64,000 nt of DNA from Alphaproteobacteria bacterium (GTDB lineage Bacteria > Pseudomonadota > Alphaproteobacteria > Bin95), in contig CAXXWS020000002.1 in the NCBI GenBank assembly GCA_963665325.3, forward strand, positions 768,001 to 832,000, in the 5' to 3' direction. A model generated the notes under the pieces. That model was given only the letters and a program-made list of their open reading frames with translations, had not been told where the DNA came from and searched no databases. Made by a program: the position numbers and the translations under genes. Shown piece after piece: positions 21,580 through 32,507 of this stretch. Positions within the stretch are counted from its first letter, which is position 1; each line of letters begins with the position of its first letter.

Positions 21580-23595
21580 TTGGCCCAGCGAGAGTCCGAA
21601 AAGGCGCAGGGAAGCGCCGGCGAATGGCAGCGCCCGGAACTCGAGGGCGAGGGCGTCATCGACATCGACGCGCTACAGGTCCAGAGCGACGTCCCCTCGA
21701 CGACGCGACAGTTGACGGCGCATTGGGCCTTCATCTTTGCCGCTGTCGCGGTGGTGGCCTCGCTCTTTCACCTCTACACCGCCGGATACCGGCCGTTGCC
21801 CGCTATGGAGCAGCGCCCGATCCATATGGCGTCCATGCTCTTTCTGGGCTTCCTGATCTATCCGGCGGCGAAGTCGCGGCTGGCGGGCAATCCGGGTATC
21901 GCCGATGTAATCCTTGCTCTGGTGGGCGCGGGATCGGCCTACTACCTCGCCTATAACTACCTCGACATCGTGATGCGCGGCGGGTATCCCACCGAGGTCG
22001 ATATCGTGGTGGGCACGATCTTCTGTCTCGTCGTGCTCGAGGCCGCGCGCCGGACCATCGGGATGTTCCTTGTGGTGCTGTCGGCGCTCTTCCTGGCTTA
22101 TCTCTTCTTCGGGCCGAGCCTACCGGGCGTGCTGGCTCATGGCGGGTTCAGCTACGAGCGGATCATCCGCCAGATGTACATGTCGACCGAGGGGATCTTC
22201 GGCGTCGCGGTGGGCGTGTCGGCGACCTATGTCTATCTCTTCATCCTCTTCGGCGCCTTTCTGCAGAAATCGGGCACCACGACCTTCTTCACCAACCTCG
22301 CCTTCGCTGCGGCCGGCCACAGCCCCGGTGGACCGGCCAAAGTCGGCATCCTCGCCAGCGGCATGATGGGCATGATCCAGGGATCGTCCGCGGCCAACGT
22401 CGCCTCTACCGGCGTCTTCACGATCCCGCTGATGAAGCGCCTGGGCTTCAGGGGGTATTTCGCCGCCGCAGTCGAGGCTGTGGCCTCCTGCGGCGGGCAG
22501 TTCCTGCCGCCGGTCATGGGGGCGTCGGCCTTCATCATGGCCGAATACCTGCAGGTGCCGTACGCGCAGGTCGCCCTCGGCGCGATCCTGCCCGCGGTGC
22601 TCTACTATGCCGCGGTCTATCTTCAGGTGCATCTGAGAGCGCGCAAGCTCGGGATGCAAGGCCTGCCGCGCGACCGGTTGCCCATCGTCCGCCATGTGGT
22701 GCTGTCTCACGGTCATCTGGTGCTGCCGATCTTCCTGCTCATCGGGATGCTGCTTTTCGGCTTTACGCCGCTTTTCGCCGCCTTCTTCTCGATCATCAGC
22801 GTGATCTTCATCAGCGCGCTGCGCGCGCATACGCGGATGGGGCTTCGGGACATTATCGATGCTCTGGTGCTGGGTGCACGCAACACGATCTCGACCGCAA
22901 TCGCCTGCGCGGCGGTAGGGTTCATTGTGGGTGCCGCGGCGCTTTCCGGTATCGGCCTTCTGATGACGCAATCCATCATCGGCATCGCGGACGGCAATCT
23001 GCTGCCCGCGCTCCTGCTCGCGGCGGGAGCATCGCTCTTTCTCAGTTTCGGCCTGCCCACGACATCGGTCTATATCATCACCGCGACGCTGGCGGCGCCG
23101 AGCCTTGTCGAGATGGGATTGCCGCCGCTCGTAGCGCATCTCTTCTGCTATTACTGGGGCGGGGTCTCGGCGATCACGCCACCCGTGGCGCTCGCGGCCT
23201 ATGTCGGGGCGGGGATCGCCAATGCGCCATTGATGAAAACGGGCTTCACTGCGATGCGCCTCGGCATGGCGGCCTATATCGTGCCTTTCGTCTTCGTCTA
23301 TGCCCCGGCGCTCGTGCTCTGGCAGAGCGCGCCGCTCTGGCAGGTGGCGGTCGCCGCAGCAAGTGGTGTTGTGGCCGTGATCTGCATGGCTGCCCTCGGC
23401 GAGCAGTATGCATTCCGTGCCCTGTCCCTGCCCAAATTGGGACTGTTGCTCGTGGCGGTTATCCTGATCGTGGCGCCGGCGCTTTGGACCTCGGTGATCG
23501 CTGTCCTTATCGTGTGCGGCCTGTTGGGCTTCGAGTATTCCCGTACCCGAAGCAAGACGTCCGAGCCGGCGACAAACACCCATACCACGGACTGA
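21580..23595 (+). CDS. TRAP transporter fused 4TM/12TM permease (TAXI type)
   Basis: EGIFGV, GGPAKV, GSSAANV, EAVASCGGQFLPPVMGASAFIMAE, GLPTT, ITPPVALAAY. Confidence 0.92.
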   Translation: MAQRESEKAQGSAGEWQRPELEGEGVIDIDALQVQSDVPSTTRQLTAHWAFIFAAVAVVASLFHLYTAGYRPLPAMEQRPIHMASMLFLGFLIYPAAKSRLAGNPGIADVILALVGAGSAYYLAYNYLDIVMRGGYPTEVDIVVGTIFCLVVLEAARRTIGMFLVVLSALFLAYLFFGPSLPGVLAHGGFSYERIIRQMYMSTEGIFGVAVGVSATYVYLFILFGAFLQKSGTTTFFTNLAFAAAGHSPGGPAKVGILASGMMGMIQGSSAANVASTGVFTIPLMKRLGFRGYFAAAVEAVASCGGQFLPPVMGASAFIMAEYLQVPYAQVALGAILPAVLYYAAVYLQVHLRARKLGMQGLPRDRLPIVRHVVLSHGHLVLPIFLLIGMLLFGFTPLFAAFFSIISVIFISALRAHTRMGLRDIIDALVLGARNTISTAIACAAVGFIVGAAALSGIGLLMTQSIIGIADGNLLPALLLAAGASLFLSFGLPTTSVYIITATLAAPSLVEMGLPPLVAHLFCYYWGGVSAITPPVALAAYVGAGIANAPLMKTGFTAMRLGMAAYIVPFVFVYAPALVLWQSAPLWQVAVAAASGVVAVICMAALGEQYAFRALSLPKLGLLLVAVILIVAPALWTSVIAVLIVCGLLGFEYSRTRSKTSEPATNTHTTD

Positions 23596-24013
23596 CGGTC
23601 ATGCGGGGAGGCAGCTACCGTCCCGTCTTGAAGCGGTTGCGTTGTGTGCGCGCGACAGCACGTTGCTAGCACGCCCGGCGACGGTCTATGCCTCGGGCGC
23701 CAAGACCTGCGGCTCCGTCCTCGGCCTCGATATCTTCGAGGGGGTGCAGGAGGTCAGAGCCGAATTGATGGCGATCGCCTCATTCCCCGGCGCGCTCGAT
23801 CAGGTGATAGTGGCCAATCCCGGAGGAAGTCACGCCCGGAAACTGCCAGCCACTGGCGTGATGGGCTCTGTCGAGCGCGAAGGGAGCCGGCTGCGACTTC
23901 ACGCAGCCGGGAACCCAGGGACATGAAAAAGGGGCGATATGCCGTGTTGTCCAAACAGATATGACAATTGTGTATAAGATGCCGTCGAAGCTCAATTTCA
24001 AGGGTGCGGCGGC

Positions 24014-24511
24014 ATGGGAGCCAACGCACAAGGGGCACCGAAGAAGGAAAGAGGCATCCGGCTTTCGAAGGCGGTGGCAGTCGCGACTGTCTTTGCAGCC
24101 GCCTTGCTGGCTCCGCATGTGCAAGCCGCCGACTATTCTTGGCCCGTGGTTCGCGTTGTCGACGGCGATACGGTGAAGGTCGATGCGAGCGCGGACCTGC
24201 CGCCCGAGCTTGCTTCCCTCTCCATCCGGCTGCGCGGCGTCGACACGCCCGAAAAGGGTGGGCGGGCGAAATGCGAGACCGAGCGCCAGGCCGGCCGCGC
24301 CGCAACCGCCTTCACCGAGGCGGCGGTCGGGAAAGCGAAGACCGCCGTCGTCCGCGACCCCGCTTGGGGAAAATGGGGCGGGCGGGTCGTCGCGGGCCTG
24401 ATTCTGGACGGCAAGCCGCTTTCCTCGACCCTGATCGAGGCGGGTCACGGCCGGGCTTATGACGGCGGCCGGCGCAAGGCCTGGTGCCCGAACGAACCGC
24501 GCAGGAACTGA
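24014..24511 (+). CDS. Thermonuclease (SNase) family protein with signal peptide
   Basis: VVRVVDGDTV, IRLRGVDTPE, KWGGRVV, LIEAGHGRAYDGG; hydrophobic leader ending VQA; start uncertain. Confidence 0.85.
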   Translation: MGANAQGAPKKERGIRLSKAVAVATVFAAALLAPHVQAADYSWPVVRVVDGDTVKVDASADLPPELASLSIRLRGVDTPEKGGRAKCETERQAGRAATAFTEAAVGKAKTAVVRDPAWGKWGGRVVAGLILDGKPLSSTLIEAGHGRAYDGGRRKAWCPNEPRRN

Positions 24512-24769
24512 CGCACGACCCGTTCGAGTTGCAACGAAGTCGAAACCGCAGCCTCAATCGTCGCCCCGGACGGAGCAAAGCGGAGATCCGCGGCCCAGCC
24601 TGCCGAGGTCCGAGCGGGCTGCGCTGGCAGTTCTGGACTCCGGCGCGGGGGCCGGGGCGACGATTGTGGGTTCGGTTCCAATTACCGTCCAGCCCGCTCG
24701 AATTCCTGTAGTTCGTATATGAGTCACAGGTAAAATCTCTCTATAGACACGGTGAAGGACTCTGCCCCG

Positions 24770-25567
24770 ATGGCTCGGAGACGAGACAGGAAGCGCCGGG
24801 CCGGCGCGGACCGGGCGCGCCGGCCGACCTCCTCGTCGAGCGCGATCCCCCGCATCGCGCTCGTCGATTTCCTCCGGGGCGCGGCTCTCCTCGGCATGAC
24901 CGTCTTCCACTTCGTTTACGACCTCGAATTTTTCGGTCTGGAAGAGCGCGGTTACGCGGACCGCCTTCATTGGTGGACGCTTGCCACCGTCGTCGCCGGA
25001 AGCTTCCTCTTTCTCTCAGGCGTGAGCCTCTATTTCGCGCACAGCGGCGGGGTTCGATGGAGGCGGTGGGGACAGCGCGTCGTCATCGTCATGCTCGCTG
25101 CGCTTGCGATCACCGTCGTGACCCGGTTCGTGACCCCGGAGAGCTACGTCTTCTTCGGAATCCTGCACATTATCGCCTTTGCAAGCGTAGTCGGGCTCAT
25201 GTTTCTTAGGGGTCCGTGGTGGCTGGCCGTAGCCGCGGCGGCCGCGGTCTTCGCGGTCGATGGATTCGTTGCGATCGAGTGGCTGAATGCATCCGCCATG
25301 AGCTGGCTCGGTCTCGGAACTGTGGTTCCTGTGGCCAGCGATTTCCGACCGGTCTTTCCTTGGCTCGCACCGGCGCTTCTCGGTGTTGGGGCGGCGAAAA
25401 TGTGTCATAGAGCCGGCTGGTTGCACGTTCTGGCGACGCCGAAGCTCGATAGCCGATCGGGAAACGTTCTTCGTTTCCTCGGCCGCCACAGCCTCATCTA
25501 CTACCTGCTGCACCAACCCGTGCTCTTCGCCCTCTTCTGGATATGGCTCCAGCTCGCAGGGCGCTAA
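24770..25567 (+). CDS. DUF1624 / heparan-alpha-glucosaminide N-acetyltransferase-like membrane protein
   Basis: RIALVDFLRGAALLGMTVFHFVYDL, FFGILH, DFRPVFPW, LGRHSLIYYLLHQP. Confidence 0.85.
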   Translation: MARRRDRKRRAGADRARRPTSSSSAIPRIALVDFLRGAALLGMTVFHFVYDLEFFGLEERGYADRLHWWTLATVVAGSFLFLSGVSLYFAHSGGVRWRRWGQRVVIVMLAALAITVVTRFVTPESYVFFGILHIIAFASVVGLMFLRGPWWLAVAAAAAVFAVDGFVAIEWLNASAMSWLGLGTVVPVASDFRPVFPWLAPALLGVGAAKMCHRAGWLHVLATPKLDSRSGNVLRFLGRHSLIYYLLHQPVLFALFWIWLQLAGR

Positions 25568-25616
25568 GACGAGGTCCTTTCCGCGTGGACCGCGCTTCGG
25601 GCTGAACCCGACATCT

Positions 25617-28034
25617 TCACCCCCGCAGCACGGCCCCCGTCGCCTTGGCGACGGCGGTGACGATGCGGGTGGAGGCGGCTTCCAGGTCGGTGTCGGTCAG
25701 GGTGGCGTCCTGCGGTTGCAGGGTGACCGCGACGGCGAGCGACTTGCTGCCCGGCTCGATGCCCTTGCCGCGATAGATGTCGAAGACCGCGGCATCGGCA
25801 ATCAGCTTCTTGTCGGCGCCGAGCACGGCTCTCAGCACGCTGTCGGCATCGACCTCCTCGGAAACGACGAAGGCGAAATCGCGTTCCACTGGCTGGAAGG
25901 CGGAGCGGTTGAGCGCCGGGCGGAGCTTGCCGCCGGCTTTCGCTCTAGGCGTCGGCGCGGCGGCCGGGAAGGACTCGAAGGCGGCCATCGGACCGGATGC
26001 ATCGAAGGCTTCCAGCACGCGGGGATGCAATTCGCCGAAATGGGCCAGCGCGACCGCGCCGAGCCTGAGCACCCCGGAGCGGCCAGGATGGAACCAGGCG
26101 GGAGCGTCGGCGGTCACGCGCAGCTTGTCCACGGGGGCGGCCACCGCCGCCAGCGCGGCAAGCGCATCGGCCTTGGCGTCCAGTGCGTCCACAGGGCGCG
26201 GGCGCTCGCTCCAGTGGCGGGGCGTCGTTCCCCAACGGATACCGCCTGCGGCCTGCAGCTGACCGTCCGGCTCGATCGCTGCTGCGCCCGGACGGAACAC
26301 GGGGCCGACCTCGAACAGCGCGCCCGTGGCGCGCCCGCCATCGGCATTGCGCCGCGCCGCGTCGAGCAGGTTCGCCAGGATCGAGGGGCGCATGCAGTCG
26401 AGGTCGCTGCTGATCGGGTTGTCGAGGCGCAACACCGCCTCCCCGCCGCCGAACAGCGACGCCTGCCGCGCCGGCATGAAGGAGAAAGTGACCGCTTCCG
26501 CCATGCCGTGCGCTGCAAGTCCGCGGCGCAGCTTCGCCGCCCGCAACGCGGCGCGTGTGAGCGCCGGCGCCGGCAACACCGTCGGCGCGGGAAAATCCGC
26601 CACCGGGATATGCTCGAAGCCGTGGACCCTGAGCACTTCTTCCACCAGGTCGGCCTCGCCCAGAATGTCCGGCCGCCAGGGCGGCGGGGCGGCCGATATA
26701 TCGTCACCTTCGACCTCGACCTCGAACCCGAGTCCCTGCAAAATTTCGACGCTGCGCTCCGCGGGGACGGCGACGCCGCCCAGGCTCTCGACCCGTCCGG
26801 CGCGCAGGCGGTAGCTCCGCCGCCATTCCGGTTCCCCGCCGGCAATGACCGGCTCGCTCGCCTCGCCACCACAGAAGTCGAGGATCATGCGCGTGGCGGC
26901 TTCCATGCCTGCCACGGCCGAAGTCGGGTCGACGCCGCGCTCGAAGCGGTAGCGTGCGTCGCTCAACACGCCGATCTTGCGGCCCGTAGCCGCCGTGCGG
27001 ACGGGGTCGAACAGCGCGCTTTCCAGGAAGACATTGACGGTGTCTTCCGTGCAGCCGGTCGCCTCGCCGCCGATGATCCCGCCGAACGCATTGCCTTTGG
27101 CTTCGTCGCAGATCAGCGTCATCGTGCCGTCGGCCGTGTAGCTGCGGCCGTCGAGAGTGGCGATTTCCTCACCGTCGCGGCCCATGCGCACCACGACATC
27201 GCCTTCGAGCTTGTCGGCATCGAAGACGTGCAGCGGGCGGCCCATGTCCATGGTGAAATAGTTGGTGATATCGACGAGCGCGGAGATCGGGCGCAGGCCG
27301 ACCGCGCGCAGGCGGTCCTGGACCCATTTCGGCGACGGGCCGTTGCGTATGCCGCGGACATAGCGCCCCGCGAAGAGCGGACAGGCGTCGGGCCAATCGC
27401 CGAGTTCGAGGCGCACGGCGACGGGACTTTCGAAGGCGCCGGGCACGGCCTCGCCCCAGCCCGGCACGCCCTTCAGCCGGCCGAGGCCGCGGGCGGCCAG
27501 GTCGCGGGCGATGCCGCGGATACCCGCGCAGTCGCTGCGATTGGGCGTGAGGCCGATCTCGATCACCGGGTCGTCGAGCCCGGCAACCCGTGCATAGGGC
27601 GCGCCGAGAGGCGTGCCGGCCGGCAGCTCGACGATGCCTTCATGCTCGTCGGAGATGCCGAGTTCGCGCTCCGAAAGCAGCATGCCGTTGCTCTCGACGC
27701 CGCGAATGGCTGCCTTCTTCAGCCGGAGCGCCGAGCCCGGTATCCAGCTCCCCGACGGCGCGAACACGCCCATCATGCCGGCCCGGGCATTCGGCGCGCC
27801 GCACACCACCTGCACCTCTTCGGTGCCGGTATCCACCACGCAGACGCGCAGGCGGTCGGCCTGCGGATGAGGCTCGGCGGAGAGCACGCGGCCGGCCAGG
27901 AAGGGCGCGAAGTCCTTGGCGCGGTCCTCGACGCCGTCCACCTCCAGGCCGAGCATGGAGAGCGCCTCGCAGACCTCTTCGAGCGACGCTTCGGTGTCGA
28001 GATGGTCCTTTAGCCAGGAGAAGGTGAACTTCAC
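25617..28034 (-). CDS. pheT: Phenylalanine--tRNA ligase beta subunit
   Basis: [46 protein letters not shown]; GTG overlaps pheS stop. Confidence 0.97.
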   Translation of the reverse strand: MKFTFSWLKDHLDTEASLEEVCEALSMLGLEVDGVEDRAKDFAPFLAGRVLSAEPHPQADRLRVCVVDTGTEEVQVVCGAPNARAGMMGVFAPSGSWIPGSALRLKKAAIRGVESNGMLLSERELGISDEHEGIVELPAGTPLGAPYARVAGLDDPVIEIGLTPNRSDCAGIRGIARDLAARGLGRLKGVPGWGEAVPGAFESPVAVRLELGDWPDACPLFAGRYVRGIRNGPSPKWVQDRLRAVGLRPISALVDITNYFTMDMGRPLHVFDADKLEGDVVVRMGRDGEEIATLDGRSYTADGTMTLICDEAKGNAFGGIIGGEATGCTEDTVNVFLESALFDPVRTAATGRKIGVLSDARYRFERGVDPTSAVAGMEAATRMILDFCGGEASEPVIAGGEPEWRRSYRLRAGRVESLGGVAVPAERSVEILQGLGFEVEVEGDDISAAPPPWRPDILGEADLVEEVLRVHGFEHIPVADFPAPTVLPAPALTRAALRAAKLRRGLAAHGMAEAVTFSFMPARQASLFGGGEAVLRLDNPISSDLDCMRPSILANLLDAARRNADGGRATGALFEVGPVFRPGAAAIEPDGQLQAAGGIRWGTTPRHWSERPRPVDALDAKADALAALAAVAAPVDKLRVTADAPAWFHPGRSGVLRLGAVALAHFGELHPRVLEAFDASGPMAAFESFPAAAPTPRAKAGGKLRPALNRSAFQPVERDFAFVVSEEVDADSVLRAVLGADKKLIADAAVFDIYRGKGIEPGSKSLAVAVTLQPQDATLTDTDLEAASTRIVTAVAKATGAVLRG

Positions 28035-29110
28035 TCTGCCGCCTCCGCAATCAGGCCCGGAATGTCCAGCGGCCGGAAGCCGTAATGCCGGAGCCAGCGC
28101 AGGTCCGAGTCATACATCGTGCGCAGGTCCGGAATGCCGTATTTCAGCATGGCGATCCGCTCGATGCCCATGCCGAAGGCGAAGCCCTGCCACTCTTCCG
28201 GGTCCAGGCCGCAATTGGCGATCACCTTCGGGTGCACCATGCCGGATCCGAGGATTTCCAGCCAGTCGCCGCCCGCGCCGATGCGCAGCTGCCCGCCCTC
28301 GCGCGTGCAGCCGATATCGACTTCCGCAGAGGGCTCCGTGAACGGGAAATGGCTCGGGCGGAAGCGCACGGGCAGGTCCGCCACGCCGAAGAACGCCCGG
28401 CAGAAGGCGATCAGGCAGCCCTTGAGATGGCCCATATGGATCGACCTGCCGATGGCCAACCCCTCCACCTGGTGGAACATGGGCGAGTGGGTGGCGTCGT
28501 GGTCGGAACGGTAGGTCCGCCCCGGAACGATGACGCGCAGCGGCGGCGGCTCGGATAGCATCGTGCGGATCTGGACCGGGCTGGTATGCGTGCGCAGCAC
28601 CGGCCGTGCGTGTCCCTCTTCAGCCGCCAGATAGAAGGTATCCATCTCCTGGCGCGCGGGGTGTTCGGGCGGGATGTTGAGGGCTGTGAAATTGTACCAG
28701 TCGTCCTCGATGTCCGGCCCTTCGGCCCAGCGGAAACCCATCTCGCCGAAGATCTGGGTGATCTCGTCAATGGTCTGGGAGATCGGGTGCAGACTGCCCT
28801 CGGGCGCCGGCCGGACAGGCAGGGTGATGTCGATGCGCTCCGATGCCAGACGCCGCTCGAGCTCGACATCCGCGAGCGCCGCCTTGCGGGCGTCTATGGC
28901 GTCCGATACTGCCTGTTTCAGCCGGTTGAGGGCCTGTCCGCGCTCGCGCCGTTCTTCGGGCGCGGCCTTGCCCAGGCTCTTCATCAACTCTGTGACGGCG
29001 CCGCGGCGGCCAAGCGCGCGCACCCTCACATCTTCCAATGCCTCCAGGCTGCCGGCCGCCAGAACGGCGCCCTCCAGCTCGTCCCGGAGCGCCGTCAATT
29101 CGTCCGACAT
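28031..29110 (-). CDS. pheS: Phenylalanine--tRNA ligase alpha subunit
   Basis: [43 protein letters not shown]; ATG at 29110. Confidence 0.97.
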   Translation of the reverse strand: MSDELTALRDELEGAVLAAGSLEALEDVRVRALGRRGAVTELMKSLGKAAPEERRERGQALNRLKQAVSDAIDARKAALADVELERRLASERIDITLPVRPAPEGSLHPISQTIDEITQIFGEMGFRWAEGPDIEDDWYNFTALNIPPEHPARQEMDTFYLAAEEGHARPVLRTHTSPVQIRTMLSEPPPLRVIVPGRTYRSDHDATHSPMFHQVEGLAIGRSIHMGHLKGCLIAFCRAFFGVADLPVRFRPSHFPFTEPSAEVDIGCTREGGQLRIGAGGDWLEILGSGMVHPKVIANCGLDPEEWQGFAFGMGIERIAMLKYGIPDLRTMYDSDLRWLRHYGFRPLDIPGLIAEAAE

Positions 29111-29168
29111 GGAAGGCCCTCTCTTCCGACTGTCGCCTTTGGCGCCGTTGTGGCGGCGGGCATCGCGC

Positions 29169-29525
29169 TCAGGCGCGTGCGTCCCGCGCCTGCTCCACCA
29201 GCGCCTTGAAGGAGTCCGGCTCGCTGACGGCGAGGTCGGCCAACACTTTACGGTCCACCTCGATCCCGGCCTTGGCAATACCGTCCATGAAGGCGGAATA
29301 GGTCAGGCCGTGCTCGCGGGCGGCGGCGTTAATGCGCTGGATCCAGAGCGAGCGGAAGTTGCGTTTGCGCGTCCGCCGGTCCCGGTAGGCGTATTGCAGC
29401 CCGCGCTCGACGCGCTCGATGGCGATACGGAAATTGTTTTTGGCGCGGCCCCGATAGCCCTTTGCCTGCGCCAGAACCTTCTTGTGCCGGCGGCGGTTGC
29501 CGGCGCCTCCCCTGATTCGGGACAT
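29169..29525 (-). CDS. rplT: 50S ribosomal protein L20
   Basis: [40 protein letters not shown]. Confidence 0.97.
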   Translation of the reverse strand: MSRIRGGAGNRRRHKKVLAQAKGYRGRAKNNFRIAIERVERGLQYAYRDRRTRKRNFRSLWIQRINAAAREHGLTYSAFMDGIAKAGIEVDRKVLADLAVSEPDSFKALVEQARDARA

Positions 29526-29543
29526 GCTCTGCGACCTCCCGGT

Positions 29544-29741
29544 TCAGGCGTAAGGCATGAAGCGGAGCACGATCCTCGCGTCCGGCTTCGACATCGTCGT
29601 GGTGCCGCGCGACTGGCGCCTCATCCGCTTCGTCTTGTTGGCGAGGCAATGGCGCTTGTAGGCGTGGTTCATCAGCACCTTGCCGGAGCCGGTCTTCTTG
29701 AACCGGCCTTTCGTGCTGCTCTTCGTCTTGAGCTTGGGCAT
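29544..29741 (-). CDS. rpmI: 50S ribosomal protein L35
   Basis: MPKLKTKSS.KGRFKKTGSGK, ends MPYA; upstream of rplT. Confidence 0.97.
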   Translation of the reverse strand: MPKLKTKSSTKGRFKKTGSGKVLMNHAYKRHCLANKTKRMRRQSRGTTTMSKPDARIVLRFMPYA

Positions 29742-29825
29742 TTTCCTGTCCTTCGAGCAAAGGCGGATTCGGGACGGCCGGGCATGCCCTCATTCGCGCC
29801 GGGCCGTCCGTCTATAGAGGCGCGC

Positions 29826-29854
29826 GGTATAGCCGGCCCCGAGGCCGCGCGCAA
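29826..29854 (-). promoter_or_regulatory. Putative sigma70 promoter for rpmI-rplT
   Basis: Minus strand TTGCGC-N17-TATACC. Confidence 0.55.
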
Positions 29855-29917
29855 GGGCGGGGCTGCGACGGCGCCGTCGCATTCGCAGTGGGTCGAATAT
29901 GCGGCTGCCTCAGGCGG

Positions 29918-30454
29918 TCAGCGCGGCGACATCACCATGACCATCTGCCGCCCTTCCATCTTCGGGAACTGCTCGACCTTGACGGCCTCGCCCAGTTCCG
30001 TCTGGACGCGTTGCAGGACGGCGCGGCCGACTTCCTGGTGAGCCAGTTCCCGTCCGCGGAAGCGCAGGGTCACCTTTACCTTGTCGCCTTCTTCGAGGAA
30101 CCGTCGGACCGAGCGCATCTTGGTGTCGTAATCGTGCTGCTCGATCCCGGGGCGCATCTTGATTTCCTTGACCTCAATGATCTTCTGCTTCTTGCGCGCT
30201 TCGTTCTTCTTTTTTTGAGCTTCGTATTTGAAGCGTCCGTAGTCGAGGACCTTGCAAACCGGCGGCTCCGCATTCGGCGAGACCTCGACCAGGTCGAGGC
30301 CTGCTGCCTGGGCTTCACCCATGGCCTCGTGGATTCCCACAACACCGAGCATGCTGCCGTCAGCGCCGACTAGGCGGACCGACCGCGCCTCGATGTCCTG
30401 ATTCACGCGCGGCCCTTCCTTTTTGGGCGGCACTGTAGACGTGTGTCGAACTAT
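29918..30454 (-). CDS. infC: Translation initiation factor IF-3, non-canonical ATA start
   Basis: EGPRVN, LDLVEVSP, DYGRFKYE, KEIKMRP, GDKVK; SD AAGGAGA 6 nt before in-frame ATA at 30454. Confidence 0.95.
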   Translation of the reverse strand: MVRHTSTVPPKKEGPRVNQDIEARSVRLVGADGSMLGVVGIHEAMGEAQAAGLDLVEVSPNAEPPVCKVLDYGRFKYEAQKKKNEARKKQKIIEVKEIKMRPGIEQHDYDTKMRSVRRFLEEGDKVKVTLRFRGRELAHQEVGRAVLQRVQTELGEAVKVEQFPKMEGRQMVMVMSPR

Positions 30455-30475
30455 GGACCGTCTCCTTCTTGTTCG

Positions 30476-32404
30476 CTAGCGGCCCCGGCTCGGGACCGCC
30501 GCTTCTTCGCACAGGGTATGAATCGAGTCGACAACTGCAAGTATTTCTTGCTGCTGCGAGCCGAGCCGGCGCAATGCGACCGTTCCCTGCTCCGCCTCGC
30601 GCCGCCCTACAACCAGCAGAACCGGCACCTTGGCGACGGAATGTTCGCGCACCTTGAACCCGATCTTCTCGTTGCGCAAATCGAGCTCCACGCGCAGCCC
30701 GGCCGCCCGCAAACGGTCGAAAACCTCGCGCGCGTAAGCGTCGCCGTCGCTCGTGATCGTCGCCACCACCGCCTGCACCGGCGCCAGCCAGAGCGGGAAC
30801 CGCCCCGCATAGTGTTCGATGAGCACGCCGATGAAACGCTCGAACGAGCCGAGGATGGCCCGGTGCAGCATCACCGGCCTGCGCTTCTCGCCGCTTTCGT
30901 CCACATAGCTGGCGTTCAGCCGCTCGGGCAGCACGAAATCGACCTGGAACGTGCCGCATTGCCAGTCCCGGCCGATGGCGTCGCGCAGCACGAACTCGAG
31001 CTTGGGGCCGTAGAACGCACCCTCGCCGGGGTTCAGCTCGACCTCCAGCCCGGTGGCGCGCACGGCGTCCATCAGCGCGGTTTCCGCCTTGTCCCAGACG
31101 TCGTCCTCGCCCGCGCGGACCTCGGGGCGGTCGGAAAATTTGACCAGCACGTCCTCGAAGCCGAAATCCGCATAGATGCTCTGGAGAAGGGTGCAGAATC
31201 GCTCCGTCTCCGCCGTCACTTGGTCCTCGGTCGAGAAGATGTGGGCGTCGTCCTGCGTGAAGGCGCGCACCCGCATGATGCCGTGTAGCGCGCCCGAGGG
31301 CTCATTGCGGTGGCAGGCGCCGAACTCCGCCATACGCAGCGGCAGGTCGCGATAGCTCTTGATGCCCTGTTTGAAGATCTGCACATGGCCGGGGCAGTTC
31401 ATCGGCTTCAGCGCGAACAGCCGGTCCTCCGCCGCCTCGGCCACGAACATGTGCTCGCGGAATTTCTCCCAGTGGCCCGAGGCCTCCCAGAGCGCGCGGT
31501 CGAGAAGCTGCGGCGTCTTCACCTCGACATAGCCGTTCGTGTCGAGGCGCATGCGCATATAGTCCTCGCAGACGCGGAACAGCGTCCAACCCTTGGGCAT
31601 CCAGAAGACCGACCCGGCAGCCTCTTCCTGCAGGTGGAACAGGCCCATCTCGCGTCCGATGCGGCGGTGGTCGCGCCGTTCCGCCTCCTCCAAACGCTCC
31701 AAATAGGCCTTGAGCTCCCTCTCGTCCCGCCAGGCCGTGCCATAGATGCGTTGCAGCATCTCGTTGCGGTGGTCGCCGCGCCAATAGGCCCCGGCGACGC
31801 TCATCAGCTTGAACGCCTTGCCGAGCTTGCCGGTGGAGGGCAGGTGCGGCCCCCGGCAGAGATCGAGGAAGCTGCCCTGCCGGTAGAGCGTGATCGGCTC
31901 TTCCGACGGGATCGAGCGGATGATCTCGGCCTTGTAGTGCTCGCCCTCGCTTTCGAAGAAGCGCGCCGCCTCGTCGCGGTCCCAGACCTCGCGGCCGATC
32001 GGCTCGTCGCGGTCTACGATCTCCCGCATCCGCTGTTCCAGTAGCGCAAGGTCGTCGGGCGTGAACGGCTCGGCGCGCGAGAAGTCGTAGTAGAAGCCGT
32101 TCTCGATCACCGGGCCGATGGTGATCTGGACCTCCGGATAGAGCTCCTTCGCAGCCTCGGCGAGCGCATGGGCGGCGTCGTGGCGTATGAGGTCGAGGCC
32201 GTCGGCATCGGTGCGCGTCACGATCTCGACCGCAGCATCGGCGGTAAACGGTTCCGACAGGTCGCGCAGCGCACCGTCCACCCTGACGGCAACGGCCGCC
32301 TTCGCGAGGCTTCTGGAAATGGCCGCCGCAAGGTCGGCGCCGGTGCCGCCATGCGCGAAGGGGCGGACGGAACCGTCGGGCAATGTCAGGGCGATCTCGC
32401 TCAT
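30476..32404 (-). CDS. thrS: Threonine--tRNA ligase
   Basis: TGS domain, [44 protein letters not shown]. Confidence 0.97.
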   Translation of the reverse strand: MSEIALTLPDGSVRPFAHGGTGADLAAAISRSLAKAAVAVRVDGALRDLSEPFTADAAVEIVTRTDADGLDLIRHDAAHALAEAAKELYPEVQITIGPVIENGFYYDFSRAEPFTPDDLALLEQRMREIVDRDEPIGREVWDRDEAARFFESEGEHYKAEIIRSIPSEEPITLYRQGSFLDLCRGPHLPSTGKLGKAFKLMSVAGAYWRGDHRNEMLQRIYGTAWRDERELKAYLERLEEAERRDHRRIGREMGLFHLQEEAAGSVFWMPKGWTLFRVCEDYMRMRLDTNGYVEVKTPQLLDRALWEASGHWEKFREHMFVAEAAEDRLFALKPMNCPGHVQIFKQGIKSYRDLPLRMAEFGACHRNEPSGALHGIMRVRAFTQDDAHIFSTEDQVTAETERFCTLLQSIYADFGFEDVLVKFSDRPEVRAGEDDVWDKAETALMDAVRATGLEVELNPGEGAFYGPKLEFVLRDAIGRDWQCGTFQVDFVLPERLNASYVDESGEKRRPVMLHRAILGSFERFIGVLIEHYAGRFPLWLAPVQAVVATITSDGDAYAREVFDRLRAAGLRVELDLRNEKIGFKVREHSVAKVPVLLVVGRREAEQGTVALRRLGSQQQEILAVVDSIHTLCEEAAVPSRGR

Positions 32405-32443
32405 CGGAGTGGCAAATGTCCCGGAACTCGGAAAGGAGGCCGC

Positions 32444-32471
32444 AATCTAGAAAGCGCCGCTGCTGCGTCAA
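32444..32471 (-). promoter_or_regulatory. Putative sigma70 promoter for thrS
   Basis: Minus strand TTGACG-N16-TAGATT about 40 nt before the thrS ATG. Confidence 0.55.
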
Positions 32472-32507
32472 GCGAGGAGAAGCGCCCCCATCCGGTCGCC
32501 GCGGCTC

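Noticed and set aside
24731-24750. TCTCTATAGA resembling the palindrome at 63461-63472
   Set aside because: Only about 10 bp shared and may simply be a -10 element; not enough to call a repeat family
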